34,685 bases of DNA from Reclinomonas americana ATCC 50394 (Eukaryota), in the NCBI GenBank assembly GCA_048213135.1, contig PS015043.1:153382-188066 (forward strand). Direction: 5' to 3'. Position numbers and translations under genes: made by a program. The notes under the pieces were generated by a model that was not told the DNA's origin, did no database searches, and saw nothing but the letters and a program-made list of their open reading frames with translations. Positions 21,173 to 31,600 of the stretch are shown here, piece after piece. Positions within the stretch are counted from its first letter, which is position 1. Each line of letters starts with the position of its first letter.

Positions 21173-22287
21173 TCAAGGTGATCGCAAACTAGCATCAAAC
21201 ACCGCCATCAAAATATCCTGCGGCCGAGGCAGCAGACCGTCTTGTCCGCGTGCCGCCCTCATGTCGGCGCCATTCCACTGATCAACCAGCTCCCCGACAT
21301 TGTGAATGTCGAGACTGCCGAGCACCGCCACTGCCATCCCACAGTCGTCATCCGACCAGTTGAAACGACGCTGCACGCTCTCTCGCAGAAACTCGTCCAC
21401 GCTCTGCGCCCGCACCATCGCCTGCACTTGCGCCAGAGCGTCGTCCGCATCGCGGTCTGGAGGGGGAGCTTGCTGCGCTGGATCGCGGACATCTGCGGGC
21501 TGTTCGCGCTCCTCCTCCTCTTCCTCAACCCTCCGAAGCACGGCCACTCCCCTTGAGCCCGGCAGCGTCTCCACTCTCACCTCGGCGCGCTCTTCCTCGC
21601 GCAGCCGACGCACATGCGAATCTGCTCGGAGGCTACGAATGACGCCGTCCAAGGTGAACGAGGTGTGCATACACGATTCACAGGTGAAACTGTAGCCGCG
21701 TGCCTCCAGCAGCTCGCCCTCCAGCTCTGCGTCCATCTCAATGACCTGGCGAGCTCGTCCGTGGGCGCGCCCTACACCCAGGCCCACGCTAATGGGTCCC
21801 ACATTGACGCCCAGTCTGACGGCGAATACAGTGCTCTTGTGGTGGATCTCGTTCCTGGCAGTGAATTCCTGCAAGAGAGAGCAACACTTGAGAGCGTGCA
21901 ACGAGCCGCAGTGAGAAGAGCGAAGAACGCACTCCAATCAATTGCGCCCGTTGCAACTCCATAGGGTTGCCATGCAACAGGTGATTGTATCGCGCCTTCT
22001 CCTCAAAACTGGCCTCCGGATGATTGCCGCAGTAGTTCGGGTCGTGTCGCATCATCTCTTCGTGCGTGTTCCGCGGCAAAATGACCGCCTGCCTGAAGAA
22101 TGCAGCCGGCGTCTCCGCGAACTGCACTTCGCGAAAGGTCTCGGTGAAGCGAGCGATGCCTTGGGCATATGCTGGCGTCATTCCACCTTCGGCTGCAAAA
22201 TGAGTGTGAGTGGAACGACTTCTTCCTGCTCGCTGTGCATCGCAGCGCAGGAATAAAGGCACACACACCGGGGACAAGGTGTGCCAT
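21173..22287 (-). CDS. Inverted paralogue of 18444-21011 with only domain X and the C-terminal helical domain (no peptidase). Exons: 22287-22269, 22192-21933, 21868-21173
   Basis: Clear alignment to the + gene: ETPAAFFRQAVILPR vs ETPVAFFQLAVIMPR, and FAVRLGVNVGPISVGLG vs FAVRLGVGVGPISVGVG. Two intron positions are shared and the frame is intact. The first exon and start are tentative. Confidence 0.8.
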
Positions 22288-22550
22288 CTGCAACTCGCGA
22301 GTGGGTGTTGGTCTGCAGTGAGAAGCGCTCGCTTGTGACCCCCGATCTCTCGCTTTCTGTCTCCGTCCTGTCCGGTCACTTCGTTGCCGGAAATGATTTT
22401 GATTGCAGAATTCGTTGAAAGCGTCGTTTCACTGAGATTCTTGTAAGGTTTCCTGGTTCTGGTTCTCGCATACATGCAGCACTCCTGAGAAGTTATGTGC
22501 GACGAAGTGTATAAAGAGGCTCTTCGCCAGTAGCAGCTACTGCACGCTGG

Positions 22551-22728
22551 TCCTGTCGGCTAAGATGCTTGCCGGAATTGAAACCTGGCGACGACAGCTG
22601 GAATTCCTGCCGCATGGCACACAGCGCGGTGTGCTGTCCCACTCGGCTCTGCTACTAGAGCTGGAAAATGATGCTCGAGGATGGCGCGAGAGGTGGGAGC
22701 CGGTGGTGGTGGTGCGGCTCCGGAGTTG
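22551..22728 (+). pseudogene. Scrambled relic: a copy of peptidase exon 1 joined to a copy of the 3' end of the TPR gene
   Basis: ~22589-22671 encodes RRQLEFLPHGTQRGVLSHSALLLELEN, matching ~18473-18555. 22677-22728 (GAGGATGGCGCGAGAGGTGGGAG...GCTCCGGAGTTG) matches 18228-18282. No catalytic-Cys exon follows. Confidence 0.75.
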
Positions 22729-22805
22729 CCCAGCACGACCATGGTGTCTTCCTTGCACTGATGTGAAAGAATGACAGTAGTACACACGAATGTTTTGATC
22801 CTATT

Positions 22806-25800
22806 TTACTCCACTGCAGCCGACACAACGGGCGCCGGTGTTGCCTCGGCCAACAGCTGAGCGGCCAACTCACGCGCATCGTCGGGCACCTTGCCACGCA
22901 CACCACCGTCCACCACTCCGCCGGCAGCCGCGAACGCAGCAATGATGCGCCACTGGAAGGTGTCGCGCTGCGGAGAGGAGAAGGGGGACGCAGGGAAGAG
23001 AGTATAAGAGGCGGCACTGTCTCGAAGAGAGAGAGAGAGGGAAAGGGAAAGGGAAAGAGGGATAGAAAGAGAACCGACTAATTTGAACAAAATCTATTGC
23101 GCTGCGGGGAGGAAGGGGAAGAGGCAGAAGGAGAATATTAGAGCAGGGCACTGGCTCAAAAAGTGAGAGATTGAGCAGCGTGGCAGTGCAGAGAAGTGAA
23201 AAGGGAGATGTGAAGCAAGAGAATGCAAGACTGGGCACCGTCTCGAAGAGAGAATAAGAAACAGATTCCAGAGAACGCATTCGAGACGAAGGCTTCGCGC
23301 TGCGGAGAAGTTAAGAGACGGACAAGAACCAAGAAAAGGAAGACTAGGCATTCGATCGAAGTGTGCGTGAGAGCACTATATGCAAAGAAGGGAAGAGGGA
23401 GACTGGAAACAGAAGTGGGCACTCGATTGAAGAGAGAAAAAGCACAGATTAGTGCTGCAGAGAAGTGAAGAGGGAGACAGCAAGCAAGAGAATGCAAGGC
23501 TGGGTACTGGCTCTGTAAGAGAACAGGATAGGGATTCGAAAATACGCATTCGAAAGGAAGGCATCGCGCTGCGGAGAATAAGAGACGAACAGGAACCAAG
23601 AAAAGGAAGACTGGACATTCGATCGAATTGTGCGTAAGAGCACGATACAGAGCTGCAAAGAAGGGGAGACCGAGACAAGAAACAAAAGAATGCAGGGGTG
23701 CAAGGCCACAGAACAGTGCTGCAGAGAAGTGAAGAGGGAGACAGCAAGCAAGAGAATGAAAGGCTGGGCACCGTCTCGAAGAGAGAATAAGAAACAGATT
23801 CCAGAGAACGCATTCGAAAGGAAGGCATCGCGCTGCGGAGAAGTGAAGATGGAAGACATGAGAACATGAAAGACTGGAACTACCTCGAAGGGAGAGAAGG
23901 AACACATATGCATTCAAGAGCAATAGTCAATCGTACAGTGTATAGAGAACCATGACCAAACAAGAGAATGCAACACTGAGCAGAGGAACACTATAACCCA
24001 ACACTTTCTCTTTCCCTCTCTACCCCCACACGCAACTCCCCCCACCGGCCGCCTCTCCAACTGCCGCAAAAAATTACGCAGCAGCGACTCCTGATCCACC
24101 TCCTCCAAATCCGCAAACGCCCGACTGTTGCCCGGCTCCAACTGAATCAACACCGTAATAATATCGGCCGCCGCCGCCAGCACCTCATCGGGCACCTCTC
24201 CGCCCACAGTGGCCACCGCCGCCGCTGCTGGCGCTCCTGATCCCGATCCACTTGCACCTCCCGCATCGGCATCCTCCTCACTCTCTTCCGTGACTCCACC
24301 ATCACCCTCCTCCTCTTCCTGATCTTCACCCTCCTCCCCCTCATCATCCTCGTCACCGTCATCATCGTCATCTTCATCGTCGTCGTCGACGGCGCGTGCC
24401 TCCAGCGACAGCAAGTCCGGCAGATCGCACCCCGTGCAAATCGCAAATGCAGTGTACTCGGGAGACACGGCATTCTGAGTTGCTCGTTCAAGTGAGGGAA
24501 GGGCGTCAACACACTAGAATGGCAAGGCAGGAACACACCTTGTAGCCCTCGAGAAGAAGCCACCGCTTCACTTGCTCGGCCAGTCGTTCCTCTTGCGCGA
24601 GGAGTGTCACCTGTCGCCCCGAAAGTGAGTGATGATTGCGAGTGCTGTGCATCTTTGTGGGGGGCACACGTAACGATGAAAATGCGACCCCACGTCGAGG
24701 TGGCGATGCCGAGCTGCACGAGCGGGGCTTCGAAGAATTGCAGCGTCTGCAGGGTGATAAAGGGTTGTGAGCAATAGAGGAGAAGGCCAGGGATTGTGAA
24801 AAGCACAGGAGAAAGAGAGTGGAAGGGAAAAGGAGAGTGAAAGGGGAAAGGAGAGTGGTGGCATTCAGTAGCGGGGATATCGGCAAGGCCAATGGTTGTG
24901 GAAGAACTGGAATCTTTGTGAGAATGAGAGTGGAAGACAAAGGCGTCATGAGAACTGTTGTTGAAAGGCCGAAGAATCGCGGAATGACGACGAGAGCGAG
25001 ACTGGAATTGACCACAGAAAGAAACACAGCGAGGCGAAGAAGGGGAACATTGGACAGGTGCAGGGAGGAGAAGAGCAGACTTGCATGGACCAGCATTCTG
25101 CACAGTGCGGCAGTCGCGAGAAGTGGTAAGTGCACTGACTTCGACATACCTGGAAAAACACACGCGCAGAGTACCACGTGAACTCCTCGCAGCAGCCTAC
25201 AGTCATCGTCGCCTGCGCATCGAAATCAGTGTCTCGCAACGCCTTCTCCTCTTCTACTTCCTTCCGCTGAACTAACCTCATAATCCTTCTCCGTCATCTG
25301 CTGCGCGCTGAGCGACCACAGCAACAACCCGGCCTTCACAACCACACGATCCGGACTCTGACGCACAAGTGCCTGCCACCCAGCGCGCACTCAGCAGACG
25401 CATCACACACAGGAAGCGCCACAAAAATGCTCGCACCTTGGCAAACTTGTAGCACATTTCACCGTCGAGTCCCTTTCTGCGCTTTTGCAGTCCCTTGGAC
25501 AGCTGCATCAGCAGAGTGAGCACAGCAGAGACTGAAGCAGGTCTCATCATTAGCACCAGCACGCAACTCGCTCCATCAACGGAAACGCGCTGGCGATAAA
25601 GGGCGTCTTGTCGTGCGTGTAGGTGGTGGTGAGAAACTCGTAAAACTCAATTACTGCCGTCGCCAGCTCGGCAGCGTTCGTGCCGGCGGCCAGCACGCGC
25701 GCAAGCAGGTCGTGGAAAGTGTCCACATGCGACGCATCCTCGGCGTCCGGGTTGGTGTAGAAAAAGTGTCCGTCCATGCTGCCTGCGTGGTGGTGGTGGT

Positions 25801-25906
25801 TAGGAAGACTTTGCAAAGGGGGGGATTGGAGAGGGAGGACACCTGGAGTGTAGCGCACAGTGGCTGTGCCCCAGAACTCGTCGTCGTCGGCCAGGTCAAT
25901 GGACAT
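22806..25906 (-). CDS. Uncharacterised alpha-helical (HEAT-like) protein resembling a bacterial hypothetical family. Exons: 25906-25568, 25502-25437, 25372-25277, 25212-25150, 24746-24675, 24610-24539, 24474-24037, 22967-22806
   Basis: Eight exons, all phase 0, splice into one open frame: ...VVKAGLLLWS...VGCCEEFTWYSARVFFQTLQFFEAPLVQLGIATSTWGRIFIVTLL...VKRWLLLEGYKNAVSPEYTAFAIC...DEVLAAAADIITVLI. The family resemblance is from memory, not from a search. Confidence 0.75.
23095..23850. repeat. Intronic degenerate tandem repeat (~250-290-bp units) inside intron 22968-24036
   Basis: CTGGGCACCGTCTCGAAGAGAGAATAAGAAACAGATTCCAGAGAACGCATTCGA occurs at ~23231 and ~23764. CGCGCTGCGGAGA recurs at ~23296, ~23566 and ~23829. 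Confidence 0.85.
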
Positions 25907-27591
25907 GGCGCGGAAGGGGCTTTCGGCGACCACTGGATGGGGGAGGAAGAGATGAGCAAGGGAGCAAAGCCGCAGATCGCGACAAGTACCCATTCAATCA
26001 CATCACAGTTATGCACACTCCGGCACACATTACAAACGATGATGCAAAGATGAGAGACGAGGAGAAGGCGTTGAGTGGTGACAACGTGAGGGTGCTGAGC
26101 GGTGACAAGGAAAAGGTGCTGAGTGGAGACAAAGAAATCATGCAGAGTGGGCATCACGATTATGACTGACGCAGTATGAGCTCCAGAGAGTACAACTCAA
26201 TGCAAATAGGGAATCGACGGAGGACAGATTAGCAGTCACAGTTTCAGAGTGCAGCACTGACTGAGGGAGCGGGCTGTTGCATGATGCAATGCAGACAAGC
26301 ACCCAACAGTTCAGCAACAAACAGACATCATCGACAGGTCATGGCAATGCAGAACGAGCGACGGTACGATGTAGAAGCGAGAGTGCCGAGTAAGAACACG
26401 CACTGAACCTGCGGAGAGCCAAGCGACAATCGAATCCTCTCGGCGAGTGCTTCTGCTCGTCGCTTGCAAACTCACTCAACCCTCATTACTGTGACGCCAT
26501 CTGTGCTTCTCTTTTTGCTCTTCTGTGGCCTTGTTTCCGCCTCTTCACACTCTGCTTCTGTTCTCAGAATCTTTGCCTGTTCTCTCGGTCCCTCTTAAAC
26601 ACTCTCCATTTCTATGCTTCTCTCTCTCTCTCCCATCTGTTGCTATTCTGTATTCTCTATTCTGATTCCACGTTACTTTGCATCTGCATTTCCTCACTCC
26701 TTGTGCTTCCTCCTCTGAAGTTCCTCCGTTTCCGCCTCCTTGTCTCTCAGTTTCTGCTTTGAACACGCTTGTTTGTCTGCCTCTCTCGGTCCCTGTCAAT
26801 CACTCTCTCCATTCTCGTGCAGTACTCGCTCTCTCAGGTGCTCTGGCTCTTCTCCTTTTTGCTGCCTTGTAACTCGGCATCTGCAATTCCTCTCTCTTTG
26901 TGTCGCTCTAGCTCGTCTCGTTTCTGCTGCCTCCGAANNNNNNNNNNNNNNNNNNNNNNNNNNNNNNNNNNNNNNNNNNNNNNNNNNNNNNNNNNNNNNN
27001 NNNNNNNNNNNNNNNNNNNNNNNNNNNNNNNNNNNNNNNNNNNNNNNNNNNNNNNNNNNNNNNNNNNNNNNNNNNNNNNNNNNNNNNNNNNNNNNNNNNN
27101 NNNNNNNNNNNNNNNNNNNNNNNNNNNNNNNNNNNNNNNNNNNNNNNNNNNNNNNNNNNNNNNNNNNNNNNNNNNNNNNNNNNNNNNNNNNNNNNNNNNN
27201 NNNNNNNNNNNNNNNNNNNNNNNNNNNNNNNNNNNNNNNNNNNNNNNNNNNNNNNNNNNNNNNNNNNNNNNNNNNNNNNNNNNNNNNNNNNNNNNNNNNN
27301 NNNNNNNNNNNNNNNNNNNNNNNNNNNNNNNNNNNNNNNNNNNNNNNNNNNNNNNNNNNNNNNNNNNNNNNNNNNNNNNNNNNNNNNNNNNNNNNNNNNN
27401 NNNNNNNNNNNNNNNNNNNNNNNNNNNNNNNNNNNNNNNNNNNNNNNNNNNNNNNNNNNNNNNNNNNNNNNNNNNNNNNNNNNNNNNNNNNNNNNNNNNN
27501 NNNNNNNNNNNNNNNNNNNNNNNNNNNNNNNNNNNNNNNNNNNNNNNNNNNNNNNNNNNNNNNNNNNNNNNNNNNTCCTTCGTTCGTTGTC

Positions 27592-27638
<47 letters not shown>

Positions 27639-27747
27639 CTCTCTCTGTCTCTCTCCCTCCCCCTCTCACTCTCTCATTCTCATTTCCTTTCCCCTTTGAT
27701 CTCTCTCTCTCCCTCCCCCTTCCCCCTCTTTCCCCCCTCCCCGCAAC

Positions 27748-27874
27748 TCTCATCTCCGCGCTCCAACAACTGCTGCTGCCGGAGCATCGCATCATTCATC
27801 TTGCGCGTCAACCCCGAGAACAGCGAGCGCCGTTGTCCCACACGAGGCACCACTGACAAGTTCAAGTGATCCAT
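27748..27874 (-). CDS. Possible first coding exon of an unresolved gene (MDHLNLSVVPRVGQRRSLFSGLTRKMNDAMLRQQQLLERGDE)
   Basis: ATG-initiated, complex-sequence island ending at A|GTTGCGG. It is followed by purine-rich intron-like sequence and a ~640-nt gap. Downstream exons were not resolved. Confidence 0.35.
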
Positions 27875-28262
27875 GGATGAACTGGCGCGCACACGAAAGA
27901 GAGAAATTGAGTGAGTGCTCGTGCTCGTGCAGATGCACATGCACAGCGCGAACTTCACACTCTCACACGCTCACTTTTTTTGCTCTTTCTCGACGGATGC
28001 TGGGTACAGGTGGTCGGTTGGTTGATTACGTGCACTCTCCTCTCGCAAAGATGACTGCGGAAAGCTGTGATTGATGCGCAGGACACCAAGGACAAGTGAT
28101 GGTTGATTCCTCGTCCAGCCTTCGTGCAGCTTCATAGCCCCAACTGTTCTTGATTGTATTCTACTCTGACTGCTTCAGCACTGGCCTTCAAGGCAAAACT
28201 GTCACCATTTAGTGTCGACGTTGATATCGGATTCACGATGTGGCTGCAACAAGCCAGCTGTG

Positions 28263-28725
28263 CAGCCACTCCTCTCCGACAGTTATTTTTCACCTTCAGG
28301 AGGCAAACCACACCATATGAGTGCTGGCCTCATATCAAGGAGTTCGTGCCACAACAACAATTGCAACCAATTGCAACCAGCAAGAAGAGTGACCGCTCTT
28401 CCGAACGCGAGGAGGCAAAGCAAATCAATTGCAACGCGCGCTGGCCACACAACAGAAACAGCCACTCTTCTCCATCGGTCATCTCCTCTGTCAGGAGGCA
28501 AAGACAACTCAAAGATCTAGAGTGCAGGCATCATATCAACGAGTCCGTGACACACACAGACAACAGAAACAGCCACTCTTCTCCATCGGTCATCTCCTCC
28601 GTCAGAAGGCAACGCCAACTCAAAGAGTGCTGGCCTCCTACCACGGACGTGTGACACACAAAACAACAGAACAGCCACTCCTCTCCAACAGTCAGGAGGC
28701 AAAGCCAATGAAACTCAAGGAGCTC
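28263..28725. repeat. Degenerate tandem repeat of ~105-111-bp period, two strong and two partial copies
   Basis: CAACAGAAACAGCCACTCTTCTCCATCGGTCATCTCCTC(T/C)GTCAG(G/A)AGGCAA..CAACTCAAAGA at 28450 and 28561; partial copies at ~28263 and ~28664. Confidence 0.85.
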
Positions 28726-28772
28726 GTCCTCTGTTCTCCATCCTTTCCCTAATCTTCCCTTTCCCTTCGACT

Positions 28773-29823
28773 TCACTCCCTCACCCCCCTGAACAGATAG
28801 TTCCGGGGAATCCCATCCTCCGGCGAGTTATCGCGCGGATAATCCTCCACAAACTTCTTCGACGCCGCCGGAATCAACCCAAAATCGGCCTCCGCGTCGC
28901 CAAACTGACTCACCGTCACGCGAAAGCCGAGCTCGGCAAACCACGGCTCCGGTTTGTTCACGCCGCACACCGGAAGCGCACCGTGCCGGCCCCACACCTC
29001 CCGCAACTTGGCCACCGCCGGCGACGTCATGTGCAACTCGTTCAGCACATCGCCGCACACCACACTGCCCGGGGCACACAGGTGCGCCACGCGACGCATA
29101 AACGTCTCACAGTCGGCCAGCGGCAGGTACATGAGCAGGCCCTCGAGCAGCCACACACTCGGCTGCGTGGCGTCGTAGCCGGCGGCCACCAGCGCGCGCT
29201 CCCACTCGTCGCCCGCGGCCAAGTCGGCGGCCACCGAGTGAATGGCGGCACACAGTGGCGCCGCCGCCTCCTGCTGCACGCTGTCGAGCACGCGTCGTCG
29301 CATCTCCATCACCTCCGGCACATCGATCTCGTACACGTGCACGTGGGCCAGCACCTCGGCGGCGGGAGGCGGGGCCAGTGGGCGCCAGAAACGCGCGTCA
29401 CCACCAATGCCGGGAATGACGACTTGGCGGGGCGCAGCGGAGGAGGAGGAGGAGGAGAGCGCCTCGGACACTGCGCGGTCCATGAACAGCACGCGTGCGT
29501 TGGCGTAGTCGGAGAGCGCGGTGACGGTGGTGTGCAGTGAGGAGGCGAGGTCGTCGAGGAAGTCGCTGAGGGGAAGGGGGGGGGGAAAGGGTGGGTGGAA
29601 AGGGGAGAAGGGCGGGGAGGAGAGACGGACAACTCACCGTCCTTCTTTGCCTGCAAACGCCTCTGCAAAGGGATCGACAAACTGGCGCACGGAGTCGTCC
29701 TTGGCGGTCTCCAGAGCGCGGCAGGCTGCACATGGAGGCACAGAGAGCATGAGTAGGCAAGAAACGGGGGAAGTGGGAGAGAAAAGAGAGAGGAGAGAGG
29801 GGGAGAGAGAGACAGAGAGAGAA

Positions 29824-29856
<33 letters not shown>

Positions 29857-31026
29857 AGAGAGCGGGAAACCAGAGAAGAGCGGGAAACGAGAGTTGCAAG
29901 GATGGGAGGGAGGGAAGAAAGAGAGGCGAAAGACAAGAGAGAAAGGTTGGGAGCTTGTCTGTCTTTCTCAGATATCACAATCAAACTTCATAAGCAGTTG
30001 TCTCTGTTTTNNNNNNNNNNNNNNNNNNNNNNNNNNNNNNNNNNNNNNNNNNNNNNNNNNNNNNNNNNNNNNNNNNNNNNNNNNNNNNNNNNNNNNNNNN
30101 NNNNNNNNNNNNNNNNNNNNNNNNNNNNNNNNNNNNNNNNNNNNNNNNNNNNNNNNNNNNNNNNNNNNNNNNNNNNNNNNNNNNNNNNNNNNNNNNNNNN
30201 NNNNNNNNNNNNNNNNNNNNNNNNNNNNNNNNNNNNNNNNNNNNNNNNNNNNNNNNNNNNNNNNNNNNNNNNNNNNNNNNNNNNNNNNNNNNNNNNNNNN
30301 NNNNNNNNNNNNNNNNNNNNNNNNNNNNNNNNNNNNNNNNNNNNNNNNNNNNNNNNNNNNNNNNNNNNNNNNNNNNNNNNNNNNNNNNNNNNNNNNNNNN
30401 NNNNNNNNNNNNNNNNNNNNNNNNNNNNNNNNNNNNNNNNNNNNNNNNNNNNNNNNNNNNNNNNNNNNNNNNNNNCTCTCTCCCCAGTCTCCTTGCACAC
30501 TCTGTCTCTCGCACTCTCACTCACACACTCACTCCCACATACTCTTTCACACACTCTTTGCCTTCCTCTTTACAAAATCTCAAAAATCAGACAGTCATCT
30601 TGCACCCTGTCCCTCTCACTCAACGTTCTCTTTCTCACACACACACTCTCCCTTTGCACACACTGCCTCCCTCACACACTCTTTCACACACTCTTTCACA
30701 CACTCTTTCACACACTCTTTATCTTTCTCTCTACAAAAATCTCACACTCAAATCTCACACTCAATCTCTCCTCTTTGCCCCGTTCTTCCTCTCACTCACT
30801 CACTCTATCTGTTTGCCTCCTCTCTCTCTTTCTCTCTCTCTCTCACACACACTCTTTCACACACTCTTTTTATCTCTCTCTTTACAAAAATCTCACACTC
30901 AATCTCTCCCCTTTGCCCCTTTCCCTCTCTCTCACACACACTCACTCTCTCCTCTTTGCCTCCTCTCTCACCAGCCATATACTGCGCCGTTCGCGCCAAC
31001 ATCACTTGTTGCTCCCTCTCGCACAT
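28773..31026 (-). CDS. SAM-dependent methyltransferase of the leucine carboxyl methyltransferase (LCM) superfamily, like the mycobacterial putative methyltransferases. Exons: 31026-30972, 29725-29638, 29565-28773 (alternative start 31067 via a 47-nt intron)
   Basis: Spliced product: LARTAQYMA|ACRALET...FVDPFAEAFAG...ARVLFMD...RQVVIPGIGGDARFWR...VYEIDVPEV...VAADL...W...L...GYDATQPSVWLLEGLLMYL. This is the characteristic motif series of the family, and intron phases are consistent. Confidence 0.9.
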
Positions 31027-31570
31027 TGCCACAAAAACCACACAGGCTTACCGTTCCGCAAATCCATCCAGCAACCCAAAGGGTTACCATCGGAAGTTTG
31101 TGTGTGTGTGACTCTCCTCTCACTCTCACTCTCTCACTCACTCACTCTCTCTCTCTCTCTCACATACACACACACACACTCATTTTTTCACACAATCTTT
31201 TATCTTTCTCTTTGCAAAATCTCACACACAATCTGTCCTTTTTGCCCCTTTCCCTCTCTCCCTTTGCTCCATATACTGCGCCGTTCGCGCCAACATCACT
31301 TGTTGCTCCCTCTCGCACATTGCCACAAAAACCCCACAGGCTTACCATTCCGCAAATCCAACCAGCAACCCAAGGGTTACCATCGGAAGTTTGTGTGTGT
31401 GTGACTCACTCTCACTCTCACTCTCACTCACTCTCTCTCTCACACACACACACATACACACACTCTGTCCTCTTTGCCCCTTTCGCACATTGCCACAAAA
31501 CCCCACAGGCTTACCATTTCACAAATCCAAACAGCAACCCAAGGGTTACCATCGGAAGTTTGTGTTTGTG
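30976..31570. repeat. Three tandem copies of the methyltransferase 5' region (30976-31113, 31270-31405, partial 31483-31570)
   Basis: CATATACTGCGCCGTTCGCGCCAACATCACTTGTTGCTCCCTCTCGCACATTGCCACAAAA...GGGTTACCATCGGAAGTTTGTG is repeated, separated by CT/CA-rich spacers. Confidence 0.9.
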
Positions 31571-31600
31571 TGTGTGAGAGAGTGTGTGTGAGAGAGAGCG

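Noticed and set aside
25085-25097. Possible micro-exon with a GC donor (CAG|AATGCTGGTCCAT|GCAAGT)
   Set aside because: Its 13 nt would break the frame; the flanking exons join cleanly in phase 0 without it.
26476-26500. Possible second exon (NGVTVMRVE) for the 27874 start
   Set aside because: The phase fits, but the acceptor is purine-rich and no convincing continuation was found.
28263-31570. Spaced direct repeats as a CRISPR array
   Set aside because: Units are 65-140 bp, degenerate and few, in a eukaryotic context with no cas genes. The second set is a duplicated gene 5' end.
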